64,000 nucleotides of DNA, from positions 4,741 to 68,740 of the forward strand of contig JBHLLO010000010.1 in assembly GCA_048885535.1 (NCBI GenBank). The letters are read 5' to 3'. Source of the stretch: Candidatus Hermodarchaeota archaeon. GTDB taxonomy: Archaea > Asgardarchaeota > Lokiarchaeia > Sigyniarchaeales > SOKP01. A program made the position numbers and the translations under genes. The stretch's first letter is position 1, and every line of letters starts with the position of its first letter. Positions 38,844-47,280 of this stretch are shown here, in pieces. The notes beneath the pieces are model-generated. The model saw only the letters and a list, made by a program, of their open reading frames with translations, made no database searches and had not been told where the DNA came from.

Positions 38844-39878
38844 TTAGTATCTAATCCGCGGATCTAACATTCCATATATTAAATCTGTTATTAAATTGAT
38901 AGTAACAAAGATTATTGAGAAGAAGAATACCAATCCATTAAGTACCCAATAGTCTGAATTACGGATTGACTGAACAAGTAATTGACCGATTCCATATAAT
39001 CCAAAGGTTGTCTCTGTAAGAACGGCACCTGATAAAAGTCCAGCAAAGCTTAATCCTATTACGGTAACAGTTGGAATCATCGCATTTTTTCTGGCATGGG
39101 TATTAATCACGTCTCTTTCTTTACACCCTTTTGCTCTAGCTGTCCTTACATAATCTTGTTCTAGTACTTCTAGCATGCTGGAACGTGTCTGTCTCACGAT
39201 CCCTGCTAATGAAATAAACGATAAACAGAACACTGGTAATATTAAGTGGTATAAATAATCTGTTATCATATATATCTCTTGAGAAATTAAGGCATCTATC
39301 CATCTGAAACCAGTAACAAAAGGAGGATCAGCATAACTATAAGTCTTAAATCCTGTCGTTGGAAAAATAGGAAAAATATAGCCTACAACATATTGTAAAA
39401 GCATTCCAAGAAAGAATACTGGAACAGCAACTCCAATTAGGGATATCCCTCTAAAAATAGTATCCTTTGCTTTATTTCTATGTTTCGCAGAAATAACACC
39501 GGTCTTTATACCGATAAAAGCGGCAATGATTATTGACAATACTGAAATATCAACAGTTCTAGGTAAATTAACCATAATTAAATCCCATACATGCATGCCT
39601 CGAGCAATAGAAATAGAAATTCCCCAATCTCCAGTGAATAAATTTCCAAGATATCGAAAATATTGCTCATAAAGGGGCCTGTCTAATCCCAATTGACGAA
39701 ATATTTGTCTATAAAGATCAGGATCTACATGACCCGGTGGTAAATACGCTAATACTGGATCCCCTGGCATATATCGTGATAATACAAAAGTTAAGGTTAG
39801 TACCCCGAAAAGTACAGGAATCATTGCTAGCAGCCTTCTGATGATATATTTTATTATACTCATTCTTAAAAACCTCAT
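38844..39878 (-). CDS. ABC transporter permease, OppB/DppB type (peptide/nickel family)
   Basis: Six-TM layout. The N-terminal IIRRLLAMIPVLFGV pattern is typical of DppB/OppB. EAA-like loop present (ARAKG...). Confidence 0.85.
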   Translation of the reverse strand: MRFLRMSIIKYIIRRLLAMIPVLFGVLTLTFVLSRYMPGDPVLAYLPPGHVDPDLYRQIFRQLGLDRPLYEQYFRYLGNLFTGDWGISISIARGMHVWDLIMVNLPRTVDISVLSIIIAAFIGIKTGVISAKHRNKAKDTIFRGISLIGVAVPVFFLGMLLQYVVGYIFPIFPTTGFKTYSYADPPFVTGFRWIDALISQEIYMITDYLYHLILPVFCLSFISLAGIVRQTRSSMLEVLEQDYVRTARAKGCKERDVINTHARKNAMIPTVTVIGLSFAGLLSGAVLTETTFGLYGIGQLLVQSIRNSDYWVLNGLVFFFSIIFVTINLITDLIYGMLDPRIRY

Positions 39879-40972
39879 TAAATTATAGATTTTTTAAGCG
39901 AGGATCCAATGCATCTCTTAATCCATCTCCTAATAACATAAATCCTAATACAGCTATTAAGATCATGAAACCAGGACCCATTGAAGCCCAAGGAGAGATA
40001 TATAGGAATTGTCGAGCATCAGAAATTTCATTTCCCCAATCTATCATTCTAGGGTCACTAAATCCTAAAAATGAAAGTCCAGCTAACGCTAATACAATAC
40101 CACCAATATTGAACGTTACTGCTATGATAATTGGTTGAATGACATTAGGCAAAATATGTCTAAACATTATTCTCCAATTTCCTGCTCCTGATACTCTAGC
40201 AGCTTGTATATACGGTAATTCTCGCGCTTGTAGTACTGATCCTCTTATTAATCGAGCATAAAACGGTACTCCAAGAATACCCCACGCAAGCATAATATTT
40301 TCAATACGAGTTCCAAGGATTGCGACAAAAACTAATGCTAGGATTAAACCTGGAAACGCAAGGAGCACATCAGCGATTCTCATGATGACTGAGTCAACCC
40401 ATCCACCGAAAAAGGCAGCAATCACTCCAAAAAAAACTCCAACAATTACACTGAACCCAATAGCAGGAAGTGCTACTGTTAGAGAGGATCTTGCTCCAAA
40501 AATCATTCTTGCGAGCACATCACGTCCAAAGATTGTTTGGCCTAGAGGATGGTCTGGGGAGGGTGCTGCCCAAGCCCCTGGATAAACACCATTGGCTTGT
40601 TCAATTGTAAAAGTCGAAATCCAATGGGGAAACACAGCTAAAGTGACGATTAGAAAAACTATAACTATTCCTACTATAGTTAATGTTGCTTTAAATCTTC
40701 GAATGAATTTTCTTCTGCTCACTGTCTGTTCATATTCAAATTCTCTTTGACTTAATTCTTCAACAGTTGAGCCGGGAATTAGAAGAAATTTAACATTTCT
40801 TAAAATCCACTTAAGAACACTTTTAGATACCGAAGGTTTTTCAGGAACGACTTCAAAATCGCCTTCTATTAGTTCATACTCAGATTTTTTACTCATATAC
40901 TTCACTCTCTAAAGTCATTATCTTTTAAATCCTCAGCACCTGATCCTTTATTAATTATACTACAATGACTAT
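39872..40972 (-). repeat. tandem duplication unit, copy A (oppC gene plus about 70 bp of upstream leader)
   Basis: By-eye alignment to 41118-42218 at a constant offset of 1246 bp. The 282-bp block 40153-40434 is identical to 41399-41680. Confidence 0.8.
39883..40905 (-). CDS. ABC transporter permease, OppC/DppC type, copy A
   Basis: DppC-like core (PLGQTxFGRDVLARMIxGAR..., AARVSGAG EAA loop) with an N-terminal cytoplasmic extension of about 70 aa. Lies 4 nt upstream of the oppB-like gene. Confidence 0.85.
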   Translation of the reverse strand: MKYMSKKSEYELIEGDFEVVPEKPSVSKSVLKWILRNVKFLLIPGSTVEELSQREFEYEQTVSRRKFIRRFKATLTIVGIVIVFLIVTLAVFPHWISTFTIEQANGVYPGAWAAPSPDHPLGQTIFGRDVLARMIFGARSSLTVALPAIGFSVIVGVFFGVIAAFFGGWVDSVIMRIADVLLAFPGLILALVFVAILGTRIENIMLAWGILGVPFYARLIRGSVLQARELPYIQAARVSGAGNWRIMFRHILPNVIQPIIIAVTFNIGGIVLALAGLSFLGFSDPRMIDWGNEISDARQFLYISPWASMGPGFMILIAVLGFMLLGDGLRDALDPRLKNL

Positions 40973-41117
40973 GTATTGAAATCCACTCATTAGTGAATGT
41001 AGAATGAAAAACTTCTTTCTTTAGTTAAATTCTAAATTCATTTTTATGAACTAAAGATTATTAAGTAAATTTAGAGTTCTAATATTGAAAATTAAAAAGA
41101 TTAAAAAAATAATAAAT

Positions 41118-42218
41118 AAAAATTCAAATTATAGGTTTTTTAACCGAGGATCCAACGCATCTCTGAGTCCATCCCCTAATAACATAAATCCTAATACAGC
41201 CAATAATATCATAAACCCGGGTCCCATTGAAGCCCACGGGGATATGTATAGGAATTCTCGGGCTTCAGAAATTTCATTTCCCCAATCTATCATTCTAGGG
41301 TCGCTAAATCCTAAAAATGAAAGTCCCGCTAAACTTAATACAATACCTCCGATGTTAAAAGTAACAGAAATTATTACAGGTTGGATTACATTTGGTAGAA
41401 TATGTCTAAACATTATTCTCCAATTTCCTGCTCCTGATACTCTAGCAGCTTGTATATACGGTAATTCTCGCGCTTGTAGTACTGATCCTCTTATTAATCG
41501 AGCATAAAACGGTACTCCAAGAATACCCCACGCAAGCATAATATTTTCAATACGAGTTCCAAGGATTGCGACAAAAACTAATGCTAGGATTAAACCTGGA
41601 AACGCAAGGAGCACATCAGCGATTCTCATGATGACTGAGTCAACCCATCCACCGAAAAAGGCAGCAATCACTCCAAAAAAGACTCCAACAATTACACTGA
41701 ACCCAATAGCAGGAAGCGCTACTGTCAACGAAGTTCTTGCGCCATAAATCATTCTAGCTAGTACATCACGTCCAAATTTAGTTTGTCCTAGAGGATGGTT
41801 TGGTGAGGGTGCTGCCCAAGCCCCTGGATATACAGCATTGGCTTGTTCAACCGTAAAAGTCGAAATCCAATGGGGAAACACAGCTAAAGTGACGATTAGA
41901 AAAACTATAACTATTCCTATTATAGTTAATGTAGATTTAAATCTTCGAATGAATTTTCTTCTGCTCACCGTCTGTTCATATGCAAATTCTCTTTGACTTA
42001 GTTCTTCAACAGTTGAGCCGGGAATTAGAAGAAATTTAACATTTCTTACGACCCACCTTAGAACACTTTTGGACGCAGAAGGTTTTTTAGTAACGACTTC
42101 AAATTCGCCTTCTATTAGTTCATACTCGGATTCTTCACTCATTTACCTCACTCTTTAAAATATTTCTTTTATTAAATTCCTAGGACTTGATCCTTTATTA
42201 ATTATACTACAATGTATA
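41118..42218 (-). repeat. tandem duplication unit, copy B
   Basis: See copy A. The shared upstream leader includes TGATCCTTTATTAATTATACTACAATG (plus strand) in both copies. Confidence 0.8.
41129..42142 (-). CDS. ABC transporter permease, OppC/DppC type, copy B (tandem paralogue of copy A)
   Basis: Colinear with copy A over its full length. The central part is identical at the nucleotide level. Confidence 0.85.
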   Translation of the reverse strand: MSEESEYELIEGEFEVVTKKPSASKSVLRWVVRNVKFLLIPGSTVEELSQREFAYEQTVSRRKFIRRFKSTLTIIGIVIVFLIVTLAVFPHWISTFTVEQANAVYPGAWAAPSPNHPLGQTKFGRDVLARMIYGARTSLTVALPAIGFSVIVGVFFGVIAAFFGGWVDSVIMRIADVLLAFPGLILALVFVAILGTRIENIMLAWGILGVPFYARLIRGSVLQARELPYIQAARVSGAGNWRIMFRHILPNVIQPVIISVTFNIGGIVLSLAGLSFLGFSDPRMIDWGNEISEAREFLYISPWASMGPGFMILLAVLGFMLLGDGLRDALDPRLKNL

Positions 42219-42257
42219 GTTAATATTAAATTATTCTATTAATAAATATTTTTGAAT

Positions 42258-43448
42258 TTATAACCATTCAACTGTAGAAGAACATCCAAGTCCTTCTTTA
42301 TCTTCAATTCTACCATGAACTATAAATGTATCACCTTCATATCTACATTCGGGGCATTCATTTTTTGAAACTAATTCTACCAAATCATCAACTACTATAG
42401 CATGATTTACTGATGCTGCTACTCCAAACGGTGTTAGAACTTCAAGTAAGCCTTTATCACCAATCTTATCAAGAGGATCAAATGTGTTTAAATCCCTGAT
42501 TATAAGTCTAGCTTGAGAAGGACAATGAAATACAAAGTCTTGATGCTTATCTGACCAATGACTCCCGAAAATGATTGGAGTTTCAGTAAAACCATACATG
42601 TCCCTAACCTTATCAGTAGTAGCCCCTAATGCCTCAAAACAATCTGTCACAAATTTTATTTTGTCTATTGGAGGATATTTCAATTGAGATTTATGACCAC
42701 TCCATCCTCCTCCACCCGTAGTTATATAACAATTGGGCAAATCAAAATTTATATCTGCTTCTTTCAAGAACTTATTCATAAACGTGTTTAATAATTGGAG
42801 ACTTCCTCCAATTGAAATATTTTTTTGTTTATCAAGGGGTTTACTCGAATTCTTGTTGATTGTCTTTATTACATATTTAGAATTAATTCCAAAAGCACCT
42901 ACTAAACTACGTCTCTTGATTATCTCTTTAAATGCTTTGAGGATAAAGAATTTAATCAAATATTTTGGTTTTGTTATTTTAGTAGTAATTTCGTTTAAAG
43001 TGCTAGTATATAAACTTACTGGCCTTATATCAGTGTATCTCATTGCAATCCGATTTAAAAATGTAACACTAGGAGCAAAATTCATTGAAATTGTCTTGTA
43101 TTGATTATGTTCCTCCATTGGTATTGGGATGAACTCATAAATACATTTTATAGTCATGCTGGCTAAGAACTCAATATCATCTAGAGATCGCCCTACTAGG
43201 GAGGGGTCTCCAGTTGTACAAGAAGAAACATTCCAAGTTTTAAACTCAGGAGAATTTATTGGGATTTTCAATAATTTCTCAAATTTTTGGGCCGATTCCT
43301 TGAAAAAAACTGCAGGTATATGAGGGATTATTGTTAAATCATCTAATTTATTCACGTTGTCTAAATTAAAGTTTGCTTTTTTTACTAATTCCTTATAAAA
43401 TGAATTAGATTCAATGGCTTCACTAGTAATGTTTCTCATCAAATCCAA
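42258..43448 (-). CDS. LuxE/PaaK-like acyl-adenylate-forming enzyme (acyl-protein synthetase-like)
   Basis: The N-terminal L..IPHIPAVFFKE pattern resembles the LuxE-family lP.lPv..FK motif. It is followed by the SSCTTGDPS P-loop-like motif of adenylate-forming enzymes. The track start is a TTG; ATG at 43439 is an alternative. Confidence 0.5.
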   Translation of the reverse strand: MDLMRNITSEAIESNSFYKELVKKANFNLDNVNKLDDLTIIPHIPAVFFKESAQKFEKLLKIPINSPEFKTWNVSSCTTGDPSLVGRSLDDIEFLASMTIKCIYEFIPIPMEEHNQYKTISMNFAPSVTFLNRIAMRYTDIRPVSLYTSTLNEITTKITKPKYLIKFFILKAFKEIIKRRSLVGAFGINSKYVIKTINKNSSKPLDKQKNISIGGSLQLLNTFMNKFLKEADINFDLPNCYITTGGGGWSGHKSQLKYPPIDKIKFVTDCFEALGATTDKVRDMYGFTETPIIFGSHWSDKHQDFVFHCPSQARLIIRDLNTFDPLDKIGDKGLLEVLTPFGVAASVNHAIVVDDLVELVSKNECPECRYEGDTFIVHGRIEDKEGLGCSSTVEWL

Positions 43449-43722
43449 AAATTCTTTATCCTGGTAATCTGTATTAACAATATGTCTTATTTTTTCATCG
43501 GGTACGATTTCGCTTGAGATGGTTATTAATAAACACCTTTCTAATTTTTTTTTACTATTAATATTAAAGAGTCCTCTAATTATATAAATTGCTATCTCTT
43601 AGACCTCCTCATTATAGCACTTTAATATTTTAATTTTAAACCAATATAATCCAATATATTTACCTCTTTTCCTTTAGAACATTAATAAAAAGTTTAAATG
43701 TGATATAATAAAAATTGAATGT

Positions 43723-45255
43723 ATGGAATTATATGATTTAGTTGTCATCGGGAGCGGAGCCGGTCTTAATGTTTTAAATATTGGTCTTCAAATGGGGCTT
43801 AAATGTGCCCTTATTGAAGATACAAAAATTGGCGCTACATGTTTAACGCGTGGATGTATCCCATCGAAGGTATTAGTTTATCCAGCAGATTTAATTAGAG
43901 AAGCTCAACATGCTGAAAAAATCGGAGTAGAATTCAATGTAACACGCATAAATTGGGATTTAATCTCAAGACGAATGTGGTCTCAAATTAATGAGAGTAA
44001 AGAAATTGAGAAAGGATTGTCTCAAGTTCCAAATCTTAAATTATTTCAAGGAATTGCACAATTTGTAGGAGATTACGAAATAGAGGTATTAGCTATTGAT
44101 AAAAGTAAAATTATTGGAGGATTTAAGGGAGAAAGATTTGTAATAGCCTCAGGAGCTCGTTCCTTCATTCCACCAATTAAGAGATTAAATGAAGTTGGTT
44201 ACATCACTAATGAATCTTTCTTTGGTGAAAAGTTCCCTAAAAAGCCATATCAGAGCTTGATTATCATTGGAGGGGGAATAATTGCTGCAGAATTCGCTCA
44301 TATCTTTTCTGCTGTAGGAACAGATGTTACAATAATTGAAATGCTTCCCCATTTAATTGCAACTGAAGAACCTGAAATAAGTAAATTCGTAGAGCAAAAT
44401 TTCAAGAAATTTATGAATGTGTTAGTAAATTATAAAGCAATTGAAGTAAAATTAAAAAACAAGTTGAAAGTAGTTATAGCTGAAAATGTTAACACAGGAG
44501 AGAAAATAGAAATAGTTGCTGAAGAAATTTTAATTGCAACAGGTCGCCAATCGAATGCTGATCGCTTAAAAGTTCAAAACACTGGAGTCGAGATAGATAA
44601 TAAAGGTTGGATAAAAACTAATCAATATTTAGAAACATCCAAATCCAACATTTGGTGTATAGGTGATGCAAACGGATTTCACCAATTTAGACATAAAGCT
44701 AATTATGAATCGGAAATTTGTATAAATAATATGTTCGGACAACATGATAATAAACAAACAGTTGATTACACTACTGTGCCATGGGCTATTTATTCTTATC
44801 CTCAGATAGGGCATGTAGGAATGACAGAAGCAGAAGCTATTGAGAAAGGACATGAAATCTTTATATCGTTAAAGAATTATTCTTCTGTAGCAAAAGGTTT
44901 TGCGATGGGTTTTGATCAGAATGACTCTGATGATGGTTTTGTTAAACTAATTGTAGACAAATACTATAGAATTCTAGGAGCGCATGTAGTTGGTCCTCAT
45001 GCTGCCATCTTAGTTCAACCATTTGTATATTTAATGAATGCAGGCTTTACGTGTCCCTCACCTGAGTTCTCTGAGAAATCCGACATACCAAAATTAGCTA
45101 GAGCATGTCCAGAAGGAGGTTCATTCATGCCAATTTATAAATCTATGGTAATTCATCCTTCATTAAATGAAGTAACAGGTTGGGCAATTGGGTCCCTCAG
45201 ACCAGTTAATATTAAAATGGAACATCATCATCATCACAATGAGTATGAACATTAA
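43723..45255 (+). CDS. class I pyridine nucleotide-disulfide oxidoreductase (dihydrolipoamide dehydrogenase/glutathione reductase family) with His-rich C-terminal tail
   Basis: FAD motif VVIGSGAG, redox-active disulfide GATCLTRGCIPSK, second Rossmann motif IIGGGIIAAEFA, interface-domain HPSLNE. Ends with MEHHHHHNEYEH. Confidence 0.8.
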   Translation: MELYDLVVIGSGAGLNVLNIGLQMGLKCALIEDTKIGATCLTRGCIPSKVLVYPADLIREAQHAEKIGVEFNVTRINWDLISRRMWSQINESKEIEKGLSQVPNLKLFQGIAQFVGDYEIEVLAIDKSKIIGGFKGERFVIASGARSFIPPIKRLNEVGYITNESFFGEKFPKKPYQSLIIIGGGIIAAEFAHIFSAVGTDVTIIEMLPHLIATEEPEISKFVEQNFKKFMNVLVNYKAIEVKLKNKLKVVIAENVNTGEKIEIVAEEILIATGRQSNADRLKVQNTGVEIDNKGWIKTNQYLETSKSNIWCIGDANGFHQFRHKANYESEICINNMFGQHDNKQTVDYTTVPWAIYSYPQIGHVGMTEAEAIEKGHEIFISLKNYSSVAKGFAMGFDQNDSDDGFVKLIVDKYYRILGAHVVGPHAAILVQPFVYLMNAGFTCPSPEFSEKSDIPKLARACPEGGSFMPIYKSMVIHPSLNEVTGWAIGSLRPVNIKMEHHHHHNEYEH

Positions 45256-45317
45256 TACAATCTTTATTCATTTTAAATCATCACATTTTTAGATATTTTT
45301 ACCTATTATTATGTTAG

Positions 45318-47243
45318 ATGGTTTTAAATAGTAAATCTAAATTAAGAATAAATTCTATTGGGCAAATCTTCACCCCCGAATATATAGCAGACTTCATGGT
45401 TAAAAATATTGAAAATTTTCTCTCTTATTCAAAAAATAAAGAATACATAAGAGTCTTAGAACCTTGCGCTGGAAAGGGGATTTTTTTAAAACACCTTCTT
45501 CAAAACAATTTTAAAAATATAACCGCATATGAAATTGATACACGATTAAATAATCAGCTTCTAGAAAAGTATCCCGATATTAATTTTCGATTCGACAATT
45601 TTATGGGATCAGATCCTCAAGAAAGATTTGATCTTATTATTGGCAATCCTCCTTATCTCGGTCAAAATTATAATGCTGAAATTTTTCAAGAACTAATTTC
45701 CGCATTTCCAAATAACAAGAGATTTTTCGTTGGAAACATGGATTTATTCTACTTTTTTATACACCTGGGAATTCTTAAATTAAATCCGGGGGGTATTCTT
45801 TCTTTTATTACAACAAACTATTGGATTACTAAGTCAAAGAAAACCGGTATTAAATTATTAAAGCCACACGTCCTAGAAGAATGTTATATTCTCCAGTATA
45901 TTGATCTATCACGCTTAAAGATGTTTAAAGATGCCCCTGGTCAACATAATTGTATTTTCATTCTTCAAAAAAAATATGAATGGGAAAAAAATCAACGTAT
46001 TGATAAGTCTATTGAAGTTATTCAAATACTACCAAATAAGCAAGAATTTAGCGATAATTTTAACAAAAAAGCTCTTAATCAAATAATTCATAATCATTAT
46101 AGCCCATACATTAAAAGATATTTCTCTTCTCTTACAAATAATTCATTAAGTGTAGAAAGAAGTTGGAATCTTTTGTATCCCCCCCAAATAAAGCAAATTG
46201 TTGATCAAATCACTTCCTATTGCCAAATAAACAATCGTACAGCTGTTATAAAAGATTATTTTATAATTAGAAATGGACTCATCTTAATAAAAGATGATAT
46301 ATTCATCCTAAAACCGGGTGAAGTTATAAAAGAGGTAGACAATGAATTCTGGATTAAAATTAATCATAAATTTTTCAAATTAAACGAAGATGAGAAACTA
46401 AGGCTAAAGAAACTTTATAAAAGTAAATCAATTAAAGCCTATGGTTATGATAAAAACGATTTTATTGGTTATTTAATACTTCTTAATAAAACAGAATTTA
46501 TATCCAAAGAAAAGAGAAATGAACAATATCATAACAAGTATCCTAATTTAGTAAATTACTTGAAAACGTATAAAGAGGAATTAAGTCAGATTCTGATTAA
46601 CGCGAAAGAAAATCCACGTGATATATTTTTCCCAAGGAGAGGAAATTTTATAATGGTTCCAGATATGTTGCAGAATCAAAAACTTATAGATCTTGAACCT
46701 CTTTACGATAAAAGTCAAAAGATCTTTTTTAAATTTATATCTAAATCTAACATATTTGGGTATTCTAATAAGCAATATTATGCTACCTCAGACACCTATT
46801 TCATGTGGCCTATAAAAAGTGAGAATGGAATTAATTATTTATTTATCTTAGCTTATTTAAATTCAAAACTTGTAGACTTTTTATTTAAGGCTAAAAATAT
46901 CTCTATTAAGAGAAGTAAAACAAGATTAGAAGAGGAGTTAATGGTTCCGAATTTAGATTTATTTCACTCTGATTACCAAAAGGCGATAATTAAGTTTATA
47001 ATAGTGTTAACAAAATATTTAACTGAAATTAATGATTTAAATGAGAACAGGATACAAGAGTACAAAAGTAATATTCAAAAATTCGAACTATTAAGCAATG
47101 AAAATTATATCCAGGTTATAGATGCCATTGAACAAGGTAATACAGAACAAATTCAAAGATTTATTGATCTTCTTTTATTCAAATTATTCAATTTAGATGA
47201 AAAAGAATTAGATTATTTAATTAAAACACACTACCATTTTTAA
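45318..47243 (+). CDS. N6-adenine DNA methyltransferase, gamma class (Eco57I/TaqI-like), with long C-terminal target-recognition-like region
   Basis: Motif I is VLEPCAGKGIF; motif IV, IIGNPPY, follows it (gamma order). A C-terminal region of about 350 aa follows. No nuclease motif noticed. Confidence 0.75.
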   Translation: MVLNSKSKLRINSIGQIFTPEYIADFMVKNIENFLSYSKNKEYIRVLEPCAGKGIFLKHLLQNNFKNITAYEIDTRLNNQLLEKYPDINFRFDNFMGSDPQERFDLIIGNPPYLGQNYNAEIFQELISAFPNNKRFFVGNMDLFYFFIHLGILKLNPGGILSFITTNYWITKSKKTGIKLLKPHVLEECYILQYIDLSRLKMFKDAPGQHNCIFILQKKYEWEKNQRIDKSIEVIQILPNKQEFSDNFNKKALNQIIHNHYSPYIKRYFSSLTNNSLSVERSWNLLYPPQIKQIVDQITSYCQINNRTAVIKDYFIIRNGLILIKDDIFILKPGEVIKEVDNEFWIKINHKFFKLNEDEKLRLKKLYKSKSIKAYGYDKNDFIGYLILLNKTEFISKEKRNEQYHNKYPNLVNYLKTYKEELSQILINAKENPRDIFFPRRGNFIMVPDMLQNQKLIDLEPLYDKSQKIFFKFISKSNIFGYSNKQYYATSDTYFMWPIKSENGINYLFILAYLNSKLVDFLFKAKNISIKRSKTRLEEELMVPNLDLFHSDYQKAIIKFIIVLTKYLTEINDLNENRIQEYKSNIQKFELLSNENYIQVIDAIEQGNTEQIQRFIDLLLFKLFNLDEKELDYLIKTHYHF

Positions 47244-47280
47244 GTAATAAATCCCTTAAATTTTTAGTTTAGAGTAAATA

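Noticed and set aside
41085-41507. 140-aa plus-strand ORF overlapping oppC copy B
   Set aside because: It lies entirely antisense to a well-supported permease gene, has a low-complexity N/P/S-rich translation, and has no motif. It is an ORF shadow.
39872-42218. Interpreting the repeated 1.1-kb units as a mobile element or IS copies
   Set aside because: The repeated unit encodes an ABC permease, not a transposase. The copies are in tandem, with no terminal inverted repeats or target-site duplications seen.
42733-43104. 123-aa plus-strand ORF inside the LuxE-like gene
   Set aside because: It is antisense to a longer ORF that carries recognisable motifs. Its hydrophobic, low-complexity translation is typical of AT-rich antisense frames.
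45223-45237. The penta-His tract as a sign of an engineered His-tag or cloning artefact
   Set aside because: The tract is embedded in native-looking sequence (MEHHHHHNEYEH), uses mixed CAT/CAC codons, and has no vector, linker or protease-site sequence around it. It is treated as a natural His-rich tail.
45318-47243. Calling the methyltransferase part of a complete restriction-modification or BREX-like system
   Set aside because: There is no nuclease, specificity, PglZ, BrxC or helicase-like gene within several kb on either side. Only the solitary methyltransferase can be supported.
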